In this document: positions 1-9,802 of the stretch, in pieces
Layout: every line of letters begins with the position of its first letter
How positions within the stretch are numbered: position 1 is the stretch's first letter
NCBI GenBank assembly: GCA_030598925.1
Contig: JAUVPB010000001.1
Location: 1-42,791 of the forward strand
Source: Actinomycetes bacterium
GTDB lineage: Bacteria > Actinomycetota > Thermoleophilia > Gaiellales > Gaiellaceae
DNA: 42,791 nucleotides
Direction: 5' to 3'
Made by a program: the position numbers and the translations under genes
Notes under the pieces: generated by a model
What the model was told of the DNA's origin: nothing
Seen by the model: the letters and a program-made list of their open reading frames with translations, nothing else
Databases searched by the model: none

Positions 1-1494
1 AACGTCGTGCTGATCGACGCGGCCGAGGGAATCGTCAAGTGCGACATCGGCATCAAGGACGGGCGCATCGCGGGCATCGGCAAGGCAGGCAACCCGGACA
101 TCATGGATGGCGTCCACCCGGATCTGGTGGTCGGCGCGGGCACCGACGTTCGATCGGCCGAGGGCATGATCGCGACTGCGGGTGGAATCGATGTCCACGT
201 GCACTTCGACAGCGCGGGGCTCTGCGAAGAGGCCATCTCGGCCGGCGTCACGACGATGATCGGCGGCGGTCTCGGGCCGGTCACGGTGGGGATCTGCTCG
301 TCCGGAACCGAAAACCTCCACCGGATGCTGCAGGCGGCCGAGGCCTTTCCGCTCAACTTCGGCTTTCTCTCGAACGGCAGCGCAAACAGAGTTGAGCCGC
401 TGCTGGAGCAGGTCGCCGCCGGGGCGATCGGACTCAAGATCCACGAGGACTGGGGCGCCATGCCGGCGGTCATCCATGCGGCGCTCGACGCGGCAGATCA
501 GACCGACGTTCAGGTTCAGATCCACACCGACACGCTGAACGAGTCCGGCTTCTTCGAACGGACGCTCGACGCGATCGGTGGCCGCACCATTCACACCTAC
601 CACTCGGAGGGAGCGGGCGGCGGCCACGCGCCAGACATCATCCGCGTTTCAGGTGAGGCGAACTGCCTCCCCTCGTCGACGAACCCAACGAATCCGTTCA
701 CGGTCAACACCTTCGACGAGCACCTCGACATGGTGATGGTCTGCCATCACCTCAACCCGCGCGTGCCCGAAGATGTCTCGTTCGCCGAGTCGCGTATCCG
801 GCGCGAGACGATCGCGGCCGAGGATGTCCTCCACGATCTTGGGGCGATCAGCGTCATGGGCTCCGATTCGCAGGGAATGGGAAGGATCGGCGAGACGATC
901 GCCCGCACCTGGCAGGTGGCGGCCCACATGAAGGGCGAGCGCGGATCGCTGCCGGAGGACAACGGCTCCGGCAACGACAACACACGCGTGAAGCGCTACA
1001 TCGCGAAGTACACATTGAACGCCGCGAGGATCTTCGGGATCGATCACGAGATCGGCTCGCTCGAGCAGGGCAAGCTCGCTGACATCGTGCTCTGGGAGCC
1101 GAAGTTCTTCGGAATCAAGCCCGAGGTGGTCTTCAAGGGCGGCTTCCCAGCCTGGTCGGTGATGGGCGAGTCGAACGCCTCGCTGATGACCTGTGAGCCG
1201 CTCACGTATCGGCCGCAGTGGGGCGCGTTCGGTCGTGCCAAGGAAGCACTGTCCGTCACGTTCATGTCCGGCGCCGCTATCGATGCGGGGATACCCGAGC
1301 GGCTGGGGCTCCGCAGCCGCGCAGTCGCGCCGAAGGGCACTCGGACGCTGCAGAAGAAGGATCTCGTGTGGAACGACGCGCTGCCCGACATCACGGTCGA
1401 CCCTGAGACCTACCGCGTCGAGGTCGACGGTGAGCTCTGCACCTGCGAGCCGCTCGAGCGCGTTCCGCTCGGGCCACTGTACGTGCTCAAGTAG
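1..1494 (+). CDS. ureC: Urease alpha subunit, 5'-partial (reading frame is open to base 1)
   Basis: Translation [38 protein letters not shown]...IDVHVHF...MVCHHLN...[10 protein letters not shown] carries the classic UreC nickel-site motifs. About 75 N-terminal residues are missing because the frame continues upstream of the window. ureG follows directly. Confidence 0.95.
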   Translation, partial: NVVLIDAAEGIVKCDIGIKDGRIAGIGKAGNPDIMDGVHPDLVVGAGTDVRSAEGMIATAGGIDVHVHFDSAGLCEEAISAGVTTMIGGGLGPVTVGICSSGTENLHRMLQAAEAFPLNFGFLSNGSANRVEPLLEQVAAGAIGLKIHEDWGAMPAVIHAALDAADQTDVQVQIHTDTLNESGFFERTLDAIGGRTIHTYHSEGAGGGHAPDIIRVSGEANCLPSSTNPTNPFTVNTFDEHLDMVMVCHHLNPRVPEDVSFAESRIRRETIAAEDVLHDLGAISVMGSDSQGMGRIGETIARTWQVAAHMKGERGSLPEDNGSGNDNTRVKRYIAKYTLNAARIFGIDHEIGSLEQGKLADIVLWEPKFFGIKPEVVFKGGFPAWSVMGESNASLMTCEPLTYRPQWGAFGRAKEALSVTFMSGAAIDAGIPERLGLRSRAVAPKGTRTLQKKDLVWNDALPDITVDPETYRVEVDGELCTCEPLERVPLGPLYVLK

Positions 1495-2124
1495 ATGGCG
1501 ACGGCAGTTCGCATCGGGATCGGTGGGCCGGTCGGCTCCGGCAAGACGCGCCTGGTCGAGCGCCTGCTGCCCCTTCTTCAGTTACGGGGCTTCGTCAGCG
1601 CGGTCATCACCAACGACCTCGTCACGACCGAGGACGCGGAGCGGCTCCAGCAGGGTGGGCTGATCGCCCCGGAGCTCGTCGTCGGGGTCGAGACCGGGGC
1701 GTGCCCCCACACCGCGATCCGCGAGGACCCCTCGGCCAACCTCGAGGTCGCCGAGCAGCTCGAGGCCCTCCACGCGCTCGACGTACTGCTCATCGAGTCT
1801 GGCGGCGACAACCTCGCATCGACGTTCAGCTCCGATCTCGTGGATCACTGGCTGTACGTGATCGACGTGGCCGCTGGTGACGACATCCCGCGCAAGCGTG
1901 GCCTGGGCATCACGCAGGCTGATCTTCTCGTCGTGAACAAGGTCGACCTGGCCCCGCACGTTGGTGCCGATCTCGAACGGATGCGCCGCGATCTCGAGGT
2001 CGTGCGACCCGAGCGGCCCACCGTATTTACCGATCTCCGCAACGGTGGTGTCGAGGACGTTCTCGACCATCTGCTGCGGGCCGTGCTATTCGACGACGCT
2101 GCCGCGCCTGCGCAGCCCGCCTGA
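1495..2124 (+). CDS. ureG: Urease accessory GTPase UreG
   Basis: P-loop GGPVGSGKT, the CPH metal motif in [13 protein letters not shown], and NKVDL. The ATG directly abuts the ureC TAG stop. Confidence 0.95.
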   Translation: MATAVRIGIGGPVGSGKTRLVERLLPLLQLRGFVSAVITNDLVTTEDAERLQQGGLIAPELVVGVETGACPHTAIREDPSANLEVAEQLEALHALDVLLIESGGDNLASTFSSDLVDHWLYVIDVAAGDDIPRKRGLGITQADLLVVNKVDLAPHVGADLERMRRDLEVVRPERPTVFTDLRNGGVEDVLDHLLRAVLFDDAAAPAQPA

Positions 2125-2137
2125 GGCTGACGCGACC

Positions 2138-2698
2138 GTGCGCTGCGCGTGGGCTCCGCTCGACGATCCTTCCTATCTCGCGTACCACGACGAGGAGTGG
2201 GGTGTTCCCGTTCACGACGACCGCCGGCTCTTTGAGATGCTCACGCTCGAAGGCGCCCAGGCCGGTCTCTCGTGGGTGACCATTCTGCGCAAACGCGAGG
2301 GCTACCGCAGCGCGTTCGCCGGGTTCGACCCTGCGACCGTGGCCAGGTTCGGGGCGGCTGAGCGAGAGCGTCTGCTGTCGAATTCCGGCATCGTCAGGAA
2401 CCGGCTGAAGGTGGAGTCGACGATCGCGAACGCCCAGGCGGTTCTCGACGTGCAGGAGGAGTTCGGGAGCCTCGACGCGTATCTCTGGAGCTTCGTCGAC
2501 GGCGTGCCGATCCAGAATCGCTGGCGCGAACTCAGCGAGCTGCCCGCCAAGACCGATCTCTCCACCCGGATGAGCAAGGAGCTCAAGGGCCGTGGGTTCC
2601 GTTTCGTCGGCCCGACGACGGCCTACGCGTTCATGCAGGCGGCCGGGTTCGTTAACGATCACGTTGTGGACTGCTTCCGGCATGCAGAGCTCGCGTAG
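2138..2698 (+). CDS. tag: DNA-3-methyladenine glycosylase I
   Basis: YHDEEWGVPVHDDRRLFEMLTLEGAQAGLSWVTILRKREGYR is the Tag signature. Zinc-snap residues are present (N-terminal Cys, His in YHDEEWG, C-terminal H..C in NDHVVDCFRH). I chose the GTG at 2138, in frame with track ORF 1961-2698, because it lies after the ureG stop and has GAGG about 10 nt upstream. Confidence 0.88.
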   Translation: MRCAWAPLDDPSYLAYHDEEWGVPVHDDRRLFEMLTLEGAQAGLSWVTILRKREGYRSAFAGFDPATVARFGAAERERLLSNSGIVRNRLKVESTIANAQAVLDVQEEFGSLDAYLWSFVDGVPIQNRWRELSELPAKTDLSTRMSKELKGRGFRFVGPTTAYAFMQAAGFVNDHVVDCFRHAELA

Positions 2699-2734
2699 CC
2701 CGCGGGCCGGGTCCGAGGCCGAGGAGCCAAGATC

Positions 2735-3562
2735 GTGAGTGGCTTGCTCGAGCTGACGCTTGCGCGGCGCGGCGACGGTCGAACGGCGGTCGTCGAACGG
2801 CGGCAGCGGTTCCCGTTGCGGATGACGGTGCCCATGTACCTCGATCCAGCTGTTCCGGATCTGCCGTTTATCTACGTTCAGAATCCGACCGGCGGCCTCT
2901 TCCCAGAGGACGACTTGCTCGTGTCGCTTACGGTCGAGCGCGAGGCGCGCGTACATCTCACGACGCAGTCGGCTACGAAGGTCTACGCCGGGCCGGGCGC
3001 AGACGCGCGTCAGTCCACGTGTGTCCGGCTTGCCGACGGCGCCTACGCCGAGCTGATTCCCGACACGCTGATTCCGCACGCGGGTGCGCGCGTCGAGCAG
3101 GAGATTGCGGTCGAGCTCGGCGAGAATGCCGCGTTCGTCGCGTGCGAGCTGTTGGCACCCGGAAGGCACCTCGAGCGCGAGCGCTTCGCGTACGAGCGTG
3201 TGCGCCTCACGACCTCGGTGCGGGATCTCAGCGGTGCCGAGATCTGTGTCGACGCTCTCGAGCTCGAGCCGTCGCGCCGCTCGCCGCGCGCCCGCGGTGT
3301 CCTGGGCCAGCACGCCTATCTCGGGACGCTGATTGCAGTCGCGCCTCACCTCGACGTCGAGCGAGCCGCGACATCCATCGATCGCGAGTTGGCGACAGAC
3401 ACCTCTGTGGTCGCCGGGGCCGGTGCGCTGCCGAAGTCAGCCGGAGTCAGCGTGCGCGTGCTCGCCGGCCGGGCAGCCGATGCCCGACGCGCCGTCGATG
3501 CCGCGTGGGCGCGGCTGCGGCAAGAGCTCCTAGGCGCAGCGCCGCCGCGGCGGCGGAAGTAG
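2735..3562 (+). CDS. ureD: Urease accessory protein UreD/UreH
   Basis: The pattern ...RQRFPLRMTVPMYLD...IYVQNPTGGLFPEDDL...HLTTQSATKVY is typical of UreD, and the gene sits in a urease context. GTG start. Confidence 0.85.
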   Translation: MSGLLELTLARRGDGRTAVVERRQRFPLRMTVPMYLDPAVPDLPFIYVQNPTGGLFPEDDLLVSLTVEREARVHLTTQSATKVYAGPGADARQSTCVRLADGAYAELIPDTLIPHAGARVEQEIAVELGENAAFVACELLAPGRHLERERFAYERVRLTTSVRDLSGAEICVDALELEPSRRSPRARGVLGQHAYLGTLIAVAPHLDVERAATSIDRELATDTSVVAGAGALPKSAGVSVRVLAGRAADARRAVDAAWARLRQELLGAAPPRRRK

Positions 3563-3563
3563 C

Positions 3564-4115
3564 GTGCCGGCTGTGGACAGCCCGCGCTCGACCGACTCAC
3601 TCCGGTGTCGCGAGATCCTCGGAGATCGCGCGGATCCGGCGTTCATGGGGCGCCGAGCAGATCCGGTATTCGTCGCCGCGGCCGACGCGTCGAAGCGTCG
3701 CTTGCGGCTCGTCTCGGAGGCGGGGCTCGACGGGGCGGTCGATCTCCCGAGGGGTTCGTTCCTGCGCGACGGGGCTGTGCTCGCTGACGATGGTTCGACG
3801 ATCGTTGTTGTGGCGCGAACGCCCGAGGAGGTGATGCGCGTGACCATCAGCGCGCACCTCGACTCCGAGGCACGCGTCGCGGCGGCACTACGGATCGGCC
3901 ACGCATTCGGCAATCAACACGTGCCGGCGGAGGTCGTCGGAGACGAGCTTGTGGTGCCGATCACAACGAGCCGCGCCGTCGCGACACGCACCCTCGATGG
4001 GCTGCAGCTAGAGGGCGTCGAAGCGCAGTTCGAACAGCGCCCGCTCGCGCGTATGCGCCCCCTCGCGGGCCACGTGCACGAGCCGTCCGACGACACCACG
4101 GAACACTCGCACTAG
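3564..4115 (+). CDS. ureE: Urease accessory metallochaperone UreE (start codon uncertain)
   Basis: [31 protein letters not shown] and [14 protein letters not shown] match the UreE core (K. aerogenes VKSRVKV..LPRGLLLRGGDVL and HLGNRHVP). The C-terminal tail is His-containing ([14 protein letters not shown]). Confidence 0.75.
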   Translation: MPAVDSPRSTDSLRCREILGDRADPAFMGRRADPVFVAAADASKRRLRLVSEAGLDGAVDLPRGSFLRDGAVLADDGSTIVVVARTPEEVMRVTISAHLDSEARVAAALRIGHAFGNQHVPAEVVGDELVVPITTSRAVATRTLDGLQLEGVEAQFEQRPLARMRPLAGHVHEPSDDTTEHSH

Positions 4116-5344
4116 GCCGGCAGCTCGCTCACGCGGCGCTCCAGATAGCGGCGTTCGCGCTCGTTCCGCGTGTGCTCGAGCGGTCGCTCGGACGCTGCGC
4201 GCGCGAGGGCGGAGTGACCCGCCCGGCGGAGGAGGTCGGCACGAGCGGCGTGGAACAGTCGGTAGCCGTCTAGCTCGTCCTCGAGCGCCGGTAGCCGCTC
4301 GAGGCCGGCACGAGGGCCGTCGGCCATCGCGATCGCGACCGCCCGGTTCAGCTCCACCACGGGTGTCGGGAGCAGGCGCGCGAGCTCCGCGTACAACGTC
4401 GCGATCTGAACCCAGTCGGTCTCCTCTGCTGTAGGCGCCTCGGCGTGGAGCGCCGCGATTGCAGCCTGCAGCTGGTACGGGCCTGGCCGGCGCAGCCTGA
4501 GGGCGCGTACCACCAGGCGCGTTCCCTCCGCGATCCGCTCGGAATCCCAGAGCGATCGGTCCTGTTCCTCTAGCATCAGCAGTTCTCCGTTCGCGGAGAC
4601 GCGGGCCGGCGTCCGCGAGTGGTGAATCTCCATCAGGGCGAGCAGGCCCAGGACCTCCGGCTCGTCGGGCATCAGCACTGCGAGGATCCGCCCGAGCCGG
4701 AGTGCCTCCTCGATCAGCTCGTCGCGGACGAGGTCATCACCCGCCGAAGCCGAGTAGCCCTCGTTGAAGATCAGGTACGCGATGGCGAGCACCGAGTCGA
4801 GGCGGTCGGGCAGCTCCGCCGGCGGCGGGACGCGAAACGGGATGCCGGCGTCGCGGATCTTCCGCTTGGCCCGGACGAGCCGCTGCGCCATCGTCGCCTC
4901 GGGCACGAGGAACGCCCGGGCGATCTCGCCGGTGGTCAGCCGTCCGACCGTTCGTAGGGTCAACGCGACCTGCGCTTCGCGGGCGAGCGCCGGGTGGCAG
5001 CAGGCGAAGATGAGCTCGAGTCGTTCGTCACGCACGCTTGCCTCATTGCTGTCGTCTGTATCTACCCGCATCGTCTCCTCGGCGGCGAGCGTCTCGAGCC
5101 GCGACGCGTACGTGACGTCGCGGCGCAGGCGGTCGATCGCCCGTCGTTGCGCCACCGTCGTGATCCACGCAGCCGGGTTGGCCGGCGTACCCTTGCTCGG
5201 CCAAATGCGGAGAGCCTCGAGGTAGGCGTCCTGGACAGCCTCCTCCGCTGCATCGAGATCGCGGTACCGCCGTGCGAGAGCTGCGATGACGCGGCCGTTC
5301 TCCTCACGAAAGATCTGGTCAATCGCCGCATGCGCATCGCTCAT
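4112..5344 (-). CDS. ECF sigma factor with a long C-terminal TPR-like extension (ECF42-type architecture)
   Basis: N-terminal sigma-2 region ([13 protein letters not shown]...[17 protein letters not shown]), sigma-4 HTH ([28 protein letters not shown]), then about 230 aa of helical extension. A 4-nt ATGA overlap couples it to the upstream DGPF/YCII gene, which is the typical ECF42 partner. Confidence 0.85.
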   Translation of the reverse strand: MSDAHAAIDQIFREENGRVIAALARRYRDLDAAEEAVQDAYLEALRIWPSKGTPANPAAWITTVAQRRAIDRLRRDVTYASRLETLAAEETMRVDTDDSNEASVRDERLELIFACCHPALAREAQVALTLRTVGRLTTGEIARAFLVPEATMAQRLVRAKRKIRDAGIPFRVPPPAELPDRLDSVLAIAYLIFNEGYSASAGDDLVRDELIEEALRLGRILAVLMPDEPEVLGLLALMEIHHSRTPARVSANGELLMLEEQDRSLWDSERIAEGTRLVVRALRLRRPGPYQLQAAIAALHAEAPTAEETDWVQIATLYAELARLLPTPVVELNRAVAIAMADGPRAGLERLPALEDELDGYRLFHAARADLLRRAGHSALARAASERPLEHTRNERERRYLERRVSELPA

Positions 5345-5742
5345 CGGCGTCCGCTCGCGCGAGCCTCCTCGAGAAAGTCGGGGTTACGAGCGAGCCCATA
5401 CTCGACGACCGGACGAACCTCGACGACGCCGTGCCGAGCACCGGGAATTTTCCCCGCCAGGGCGAGCGCTTCGTCGAGATCGTCGCAATGCAGCACGTAG
5501 AAACCGGCGAGCTGCTCCTTCGTCTCCGCGAATGGCCTGTCCGTCACCAGCGACTCACCGTCGCGGAGACGCACGGTCGTTGCTGTCGCCGCAGGCTGGA
5601 GGGCGTCTGCCGTCTCGAACAGCTGACGCTTCCCGGCCTCGCGGCTGAAGTCGTCGTAGCGACCCCACTCCTCGATGAGCTCGGCCGTACCCTCATCCGG
5701 GAGCTCGTCCTCGTCCAGGTAGATGAGGAACACGTACCGCAC
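5341..5742 (-). CDS. YCII-related / DGPF-domain protein
   Basis: [13 protein letters not shown]...[33 protein letters not shown] is the YCII/DGPF fold signature. The GTG at 5742 has GGAGGA 7 nt upstream; the longer track ORF (to 5931) has no comparable support. Confidence 0.8.
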   Translation of the reverse strand: MRYVFLIYLDEDELPDEGTAELIEEWGRYDDFSREAGKRQLFETADALQPAATATTVRLRDGESLVTDRPFAETKEQLAGFYVLHCDDLDEALALAGKIPGARHGVVEVRPVVEYGLARNPDFLEEARASGRR

Positions 5743-5787
5743 AAGAATCCTCCGTCGTCGTTGTTTTCGCGGGAGTACTGCCCTAGC

Positions 5788-5814
5788 GTCGAACGCACGT
5801 TGAGTAACTCGACA
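5788..5814 (-). promoter_or_regulatory. Candidate ECF-type promoter for the DGPF-sigma operon (TGTCGA-N17-CGAC on the minus strand)
   Basis: The minus strand reads gatcgTGTCGAgttactcaacgtgcgttCGACgctagg, ending about 45 nt upstream of the GTG at 5742. The GTC-containing -35 and CG(A/T)C -10 look like auto-regulated ECF promoters. My recollection of the ECF42 consensus is imprecise. Confidence 0.3.
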
Positions 5815-5859
5815 CGATCGTGCGCGCGATCGCAGGGCCGAGGTTAGGGTCCCGCATCG

Positions 5860-6540
5860 ATGGATGCTGCAAGTTTTCTCTCGGCGCTCCAGCTGGCAGA
5901 CAGCGCTCTGCCCTCCGGCCGATTCGCGCATTCAGCGGGTCTCGAGGCTCTCGTCGAGGGTGCGGGAGCTCCGTCGGAGGCCGAGCTGGAGGAGTTTGTC
6001 GAGTCGTACGTCTGTGGCGCCGTCGCGCCGCTCGACGGGGTCGTTGTCGCGCACGCCGCCCGAGCTGTGTCGGTCGATTCGTTGTTGACACTCGACGCCT
6101 GCATCGACGCGCGCAAGCTGACGCCGGGCACCCGCCTGGCGTCGGTTCGGTGCGGGCGCCAGCTCGCGCGCCTCACTGCGGATCTCACGGCCGACTCGCT
6201 CGCCCGCGATCTCGCGGGTGCCGTACGCACTCGAAGGTGTGAAGGCCATCTGGCAGTGGTCGAGGGCGCGCTCGCCCGGGCGCTCGGCCTGACCGACGAG
6301 GAGGCGGTGCTGATCTCGCTCCGCGGCGCAGCGAGCAGCAGTCTCTCAGCCGCGTTGCGACTCGGCGCGATCTCCGCGCAGGGCGCGCAGCGTCTGCTCG
6401 CCCGGCTGCATCCCTCGCTGGCTCGCGCTGGGGCACTGGCCGTCGAGACGGCTCTGTCGCGCCTCCATGCCTCTGCACCCGAGCTCGAGTTGCTGGCGCT
6501 TGCACACCCGCGCCGCGAGGCCCGCTCCTTCACGACGTAG
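5860..6540 (+). CDS. ureF: Urease accessory protein UreF
   Basis: FLSALQLADSALPSGRFAHSAGLEALVE is the canonical UreF N-terminal motif; length is 226 aa. Confidence 0.85.
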   Translation: MDAASFLSALQLADSALPSGRFAHSAGLEALVEGAGAPSEAELEEFVESYVCGAVAPLDGVVVAHAARAVSVDSLLTLDACIDARKLTPGTRLASVRCGRQLARLTADLTADSLARDLAGAVRTRRCEGHLAVVEGALARALGLTDEEAVLISLRGAASSSLSAALRLGAISAQGAQRLLARLHPSLARAGALAVETALSRLHASAPELELLALAHPRREARSFTT

Positions 6541-6592
6541 GCGATTGGAGCGCGATGGCCTAGGATCGTCTACCCGTGACGGAGGTGACATC

Positions 6593-7594
6593 GTGAAGCT
6601 CGGCGCACAGTTTCTGGCGGAAGACTTCCACAGCTGCATGGAATCGGTCGGTATCGCCGAGCGAGCCGGGTTCGCGCACGCGTGGTTCGTCGACTCGCAG
6701 ATCCTCTGGCAGGACTGTTACGTGTACATCGCGCGCGCCCTCGAGGTGACCGACGGAATCGTTCTGGGCACGGCCGTGTCGAATCCGTTCACGCGGCACC
6801 CAACGGTTACCGCGTCCGTCAACGCGACGCTCGCCGAGCTTCACCCAGGCCGCGTGATCCTCGGCCTCGGCCGGGGCGACAGCGCAGTGCGGACCATGGG
6901 GATGAACCCGGTCCCGACGAAAGAGCTCCGGGCAGCGGTGCCCGTGATCCGTTCGCTGATGGCGGGAGAAACGGTCCAGATCAACGAGGCGGATGTGCAC
7001 TTCCGCTGGCACAAGCAGGGGCCGGAAGTGCCGATCGCGCTGTCGGCGACCGGCCCGAAGAACCTGCGCGCTGCGGGCGGCCTCGCCGACATCGTCATGA
7101 TCTACGTCGGCGTGCATTCCGAGAGCGTTGCGTGGGCGATCGACCACATCCGCACCGGAGCCCGGGACGCGGGTCGTGACCCCGACTCCGTCCGCGTCTC
7201 CGTGCTGTGCGGACTCGAGGTCGACGATGACCGCGATGCGGCGCAGAGCGCCGTGCGGTGGGCCGCAGCGGCGTGTGCGAATCACATCGGCGACACGATG
7301 AAGCGCAACGCCGAGCACGGAATGCCCGAGACGATGACGCGACTCGTCGACGCGAGGACGCAACACTACGACTACTACGAGGGCCACCTCGACTCGAGTG
7401 CGGACCACACTGCTTTTCTCACTCCCGATCTCATCGATGACTTCGCGATCGCCGGTCCGCCCGAGCACTGTCTCGAGAGGATTCGAGCGCTCGAGGCGCT
7501 CGGGGTCTGGGAGGTCTCCTCGGCCTACTACAACGGCCGCAACGATCAACTGGAACGTGTGGGTCGCGACCTGATCCGCAAGCTTGACGCATGA
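6593..7594 (+). CDS. Luciferase-like monooxygenase (LLM) family oxidoreductase, probably F420-dependent class
   Basis: VKLGAQF...AERAGFAHAWFVDSQILWQD...LGTAVSNPFTRHP...ILGLGRGDSAVR is an LLM/Mer-like pattern. The GTG at 6593 has GGAGG 7 nt upstream. The cofactor assignment is inference only. Confidence 0.78.
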   Translation: MKLGAQFLAEDFHSCMESVGIAERAGFAHAWFVDSQILWQDCYVYIARALEVTDGIVLGTAVSNPFTRHPTVTASVNATLAELHPGRVILGLGRGDSAVRTMGMNPVPTKELRAAVPVIRSLMAGETVQINEADVHFRWHKQGPEVPIALSATGPKNLRAAGGLADIVMIYVGVHSESVAWAIDHIRTGARDAGRDPDSVRVSVLCGLEVDDDRDAAQSAVRWAAAACANHIGDTMKRNAEHGMPETMTRLVDARTQHYDYYEGHLDSSADHTAFLTPDLIDDFAIAGPPEHCLERIRALEALGVWEVSSAYYNGRNDQLERVGRDLIRKLDA

Positions 7595-8952
7595 GCGAGC
7601 AGACGGACGAGCGCTACCGAGAGGCGGTCCTCGCTCTAGCCGAACACGCCGTGGCCGTCCGCTGGAGCGAGCTGCGAGCTGATGTCGCCGAGCGCGCCCT
7701 GCTCGTCCTGTTCGACACGCTGGGCGTCGCAGCCGCGGGGGCGGCAACGCCCGAGCTGGTCGCCTTGCGCACCTCATGGGACCCTCAGCCCGGTCCGGTC
7801 CCGTTGATCGCCGGTGGGCGCTCGACCGACGAAGCCACGGCGTGTGTGCTGAACGGAGCCGCGGCCTGCTGCCTCGAGCTCGACGAGGGAAGCAAATATG
7901 CGCGCGGACATCCCAGCGCGCATGTTCTGCCCGCGGCCCTCGCGCTTGGCGCATCTGTCGAGGCGACAGGCGCGCAGTGGCTCGACGCCTTTGTCGCCGG
8001 GTACGAGGTCGCTGCTCGCTTCGGGCGTGCCACGACCCTCCGCGCCGGCGTCCATCCGCACGGCACGTGGGGGGTCGCTGGTGCAGGCGCTGCCGCCGGT
8101 TGCCTGTTGCGGCTCGACAGCGCGCGCCTCGCGGCTGCAATCGACGCCGCCGCGGCGCAGAGTCTCGCGCCCCATTTCTCGGTTGCGTTCAACGGCAGCT
8201 TCGTTCGCAACGCGTGGATTGGCTCGGCAAGCTTCGCGGGCCTGACCGCAGCGCGCCTGGCCGGGAGCGGCCTCGCCGGCGTCGACGGCGCGGCTCCCGC
8301 CATATTCGGCGAGGTTCTCGGCGAGTTCGACATCGGCGAACTCGATCGGGATCTGGGCGAGCGCGTCGAGATCCTCAGCGGTTACTTCAAACGTCATGCC
8401 GCGTGTGCGTACACGCACCCGGCCGCGGACGCCGTCCAGCAGCTGTTCGAGGCTGGCCCGATTGACCGGGCGGCCGTCAGCGAGGTGGTCGTCGAGACGT
8501 ACCCGATTGCCGCGACCCTCGACAGCAAGGAGTGGCCGACTCGGCTCGCCGCGATGTTCTCGATCCCCTACGTCGTCGCCGAGACTGCACGTACCGGCGA
8601 GTTCGGCCCCCGCGCGACGGACGAGGCCCGTCGTCTCGATCCCGAGACGGTCGCGCTGGCGAGGCGCGTCGTCGTCCGCGCCACCGAAGAGTTCGAGAGC
8701 CGGCTGCCCTCGGAGCGGGGCGCCCGCGTCACGATCTCGACCAGCGACGGCAGGCGCTCGGCCGCTGTAAGCAACCCGATCGGCGATGCCGACAATGCCC
8801 CGCTCGGCTCGGACGAGGTCCGAGCCAAGGTCGCCGGGCTGATCGGTCCGAGCGGTGCCGAGCAGCTCGAGGCGCTTGTGCGCGGCCTGCCCGAGGCGTC
8901 GCAGGCGTCGGCCGAGCTCACGAAGCTCGCGAGCCTCGGGGTCGAGCGATGA
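7591..8952 (+). CDS. MmgE/PrpD family protein (2-methylcitrate dehydratase superfamily)
   Basis: N-terminal LLVLFDTLGVAAAGA..., HPSAHVLPAALA and GVHPHGTWG motifs; 453 aa. Its ATGA overlaps the upstream LLM gene. Confidence 0.85.
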   Translation: MSEQTDERYREAVLALAEHAVAVRWSELRADVAERALLVLFDTLGVAAAGAATPELVALRTSWDPQPGPVPLIAGGRSTDEATACVLNGAAACCLELDEGSKYARGHPSAHVLPAALALGASVEATGAQWLDAFVAGYEVAARFGRATTLRAGVHPHGTWGVAGAGAAAGCLLRLDSARLAAAIDAAAAQSLAPHFSVAFNGSFVRNAWIGSASFAGLTAARLAGSGLAGVDGAAPAIFGEVLGEFDIGELDRDLGERVEILSGYFKRHAACAYTHPAADAVQQLFEAGPIDRAAVSEVVVETYPIAATLDSKEWPTRLAAMFSIPYVVAETARTGEFGPRATDEARRLDPETVALARRVVVRATEEFESRLPSERGARVTISTSDGRRSAAVSNPIGDADNAPLGSDEVRAKVAGLIGPSGAEQLEALVRGLPEASQASAELTKLASLGVER

Positions 8953-9608
8953 AGTTGCGCGCCGTCACACCGCTCGTGCTCGAATCAGACGAGCTGGAGC
9001 GCCGCCAGCAGCGATACAAGCTCCTCGCTCCGCCTCCGCTCGACATCGCGATGGCGAATCTCCCGAAGGGCCCTCGCACGCTGGAGAGCGAAGAGGACAT
9101 TCGCTGGTCCGAGGACGAGGTCTACGACGAGGTGATGCGCACCCCGTGGGGCGACTACGACGCGATCGTGCTCGATTGCGTCCTCGACCCTGCGCTCGAG
9201 CGCCTCGAGAGCAGCGCGCGGCTCCCTGTCATCGGCATCACACGCATGACTGCCGCCTATCTCGGCGGCCTGGGACATCGGTTCGCAGGCGTTGCTCGCA
9301 ACGCCGCGATCGCAGCCGAGCTTCGCGCGCGGATCGTGGCATTCGGTCACGAGGAGCAGCTCGTGACCGTCGATGTGCTCGACCTGTCGTTCGAGGACGT
9401 CGCGAAGCCCGAACGGTGGAGCGCTGCGCTCGAGCCGATCGTCGAGCGATTCGGGTCGGGGTCGGTCGACTCCGTACTTAACGGGTGTTCGGCGGTCGAG
9501 GTCCGACACACCGACGGGCCCGCCGTCGTAGAGCCGATGGCGCTCGCGCTCGAGCTGACGGCTGCCGCAGCCCGGCGCGGGCTACTAGCGCCTGGCGCGC
9601 GTCGATAA
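8949..9608 (+). CDS. Asp/Glu/hydantoin racemase family protein
   Basis: 219 aa with two Cys at about residues 77 (IVLDCVLDP) and 180 (VLNGCSAVE), matching the spacing of the two catalytic cysteines of hydantoin racemases (Cys76/Cys181). ATGA overlaps prpD-like; a hydantoinase gene follows. Confidence 0.65.
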   Translation: MKLRAVTPLVLESDELERRQQRYKLLAPPPLDIAMANLPKGPRTLESEEDIRWSEDEVYDEVMRTPWGDYDAIVLDCVLDPALERLESSARLPVIGITRMTAAYLGGLGHRFAGVARNAAIAAELRARIVAFGHEEQLVTVDVLDLSFEDVAKPERWSAALEPIVERFGSGSVDSVLNGCSAVEVRHTDGPAVVEPMALALELTAAAARRGLLAPGARR

Positions 9609-9802
9609 TCCTGAGGTTCCCGGTTCTCATACGCCGTACGTCCCTCGGGCAAGCGCCCGCAGCGGACGCCGAATGCCCCTTCCAGCGCACGATCGGCGAG
9701 ATCCTGACAGGATGCGGCTCGACTTTGCGAACGACGCGTCGCGGGCTCGGCAATGGCGCCGCTTGACACAGCTGGCATGCAACGACGAGAGGTGGAGTAC
9801 GA

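Noticed and set aside
2027-3349. 440-aa minus-strand ORF antisense to tag and ureD; similar cases at 29838-31067 (plus), 15930-17072 (plus) and 36481-37515 (minus)
   Set aside because: All are shadows of well-supported genes on the other strand, with Arg/Pro/Gly-dominated composition typical of GC-rich out-of-phase frames.
6560-8140. 526-aa minus-strand ORF spanning the LLM and PrpD-like genes
   Set aside because: Same reasoning. The translation is Arg-rich and spurious-looking, overlaps two well-supported plus-strand genes, and has no recognisable domain.
9763-9791. Perfect TTGACA hexamer 35 nt upstream of the hydantoinase start as a sigma-70 -35 box
   Set aside because: No acceptable TANNNT -10 lies at 16-19 nt spacing; the sequence there is cgacgagag. 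The nearby TGGCAT does not have sigma-54 GG/GC spacing either.
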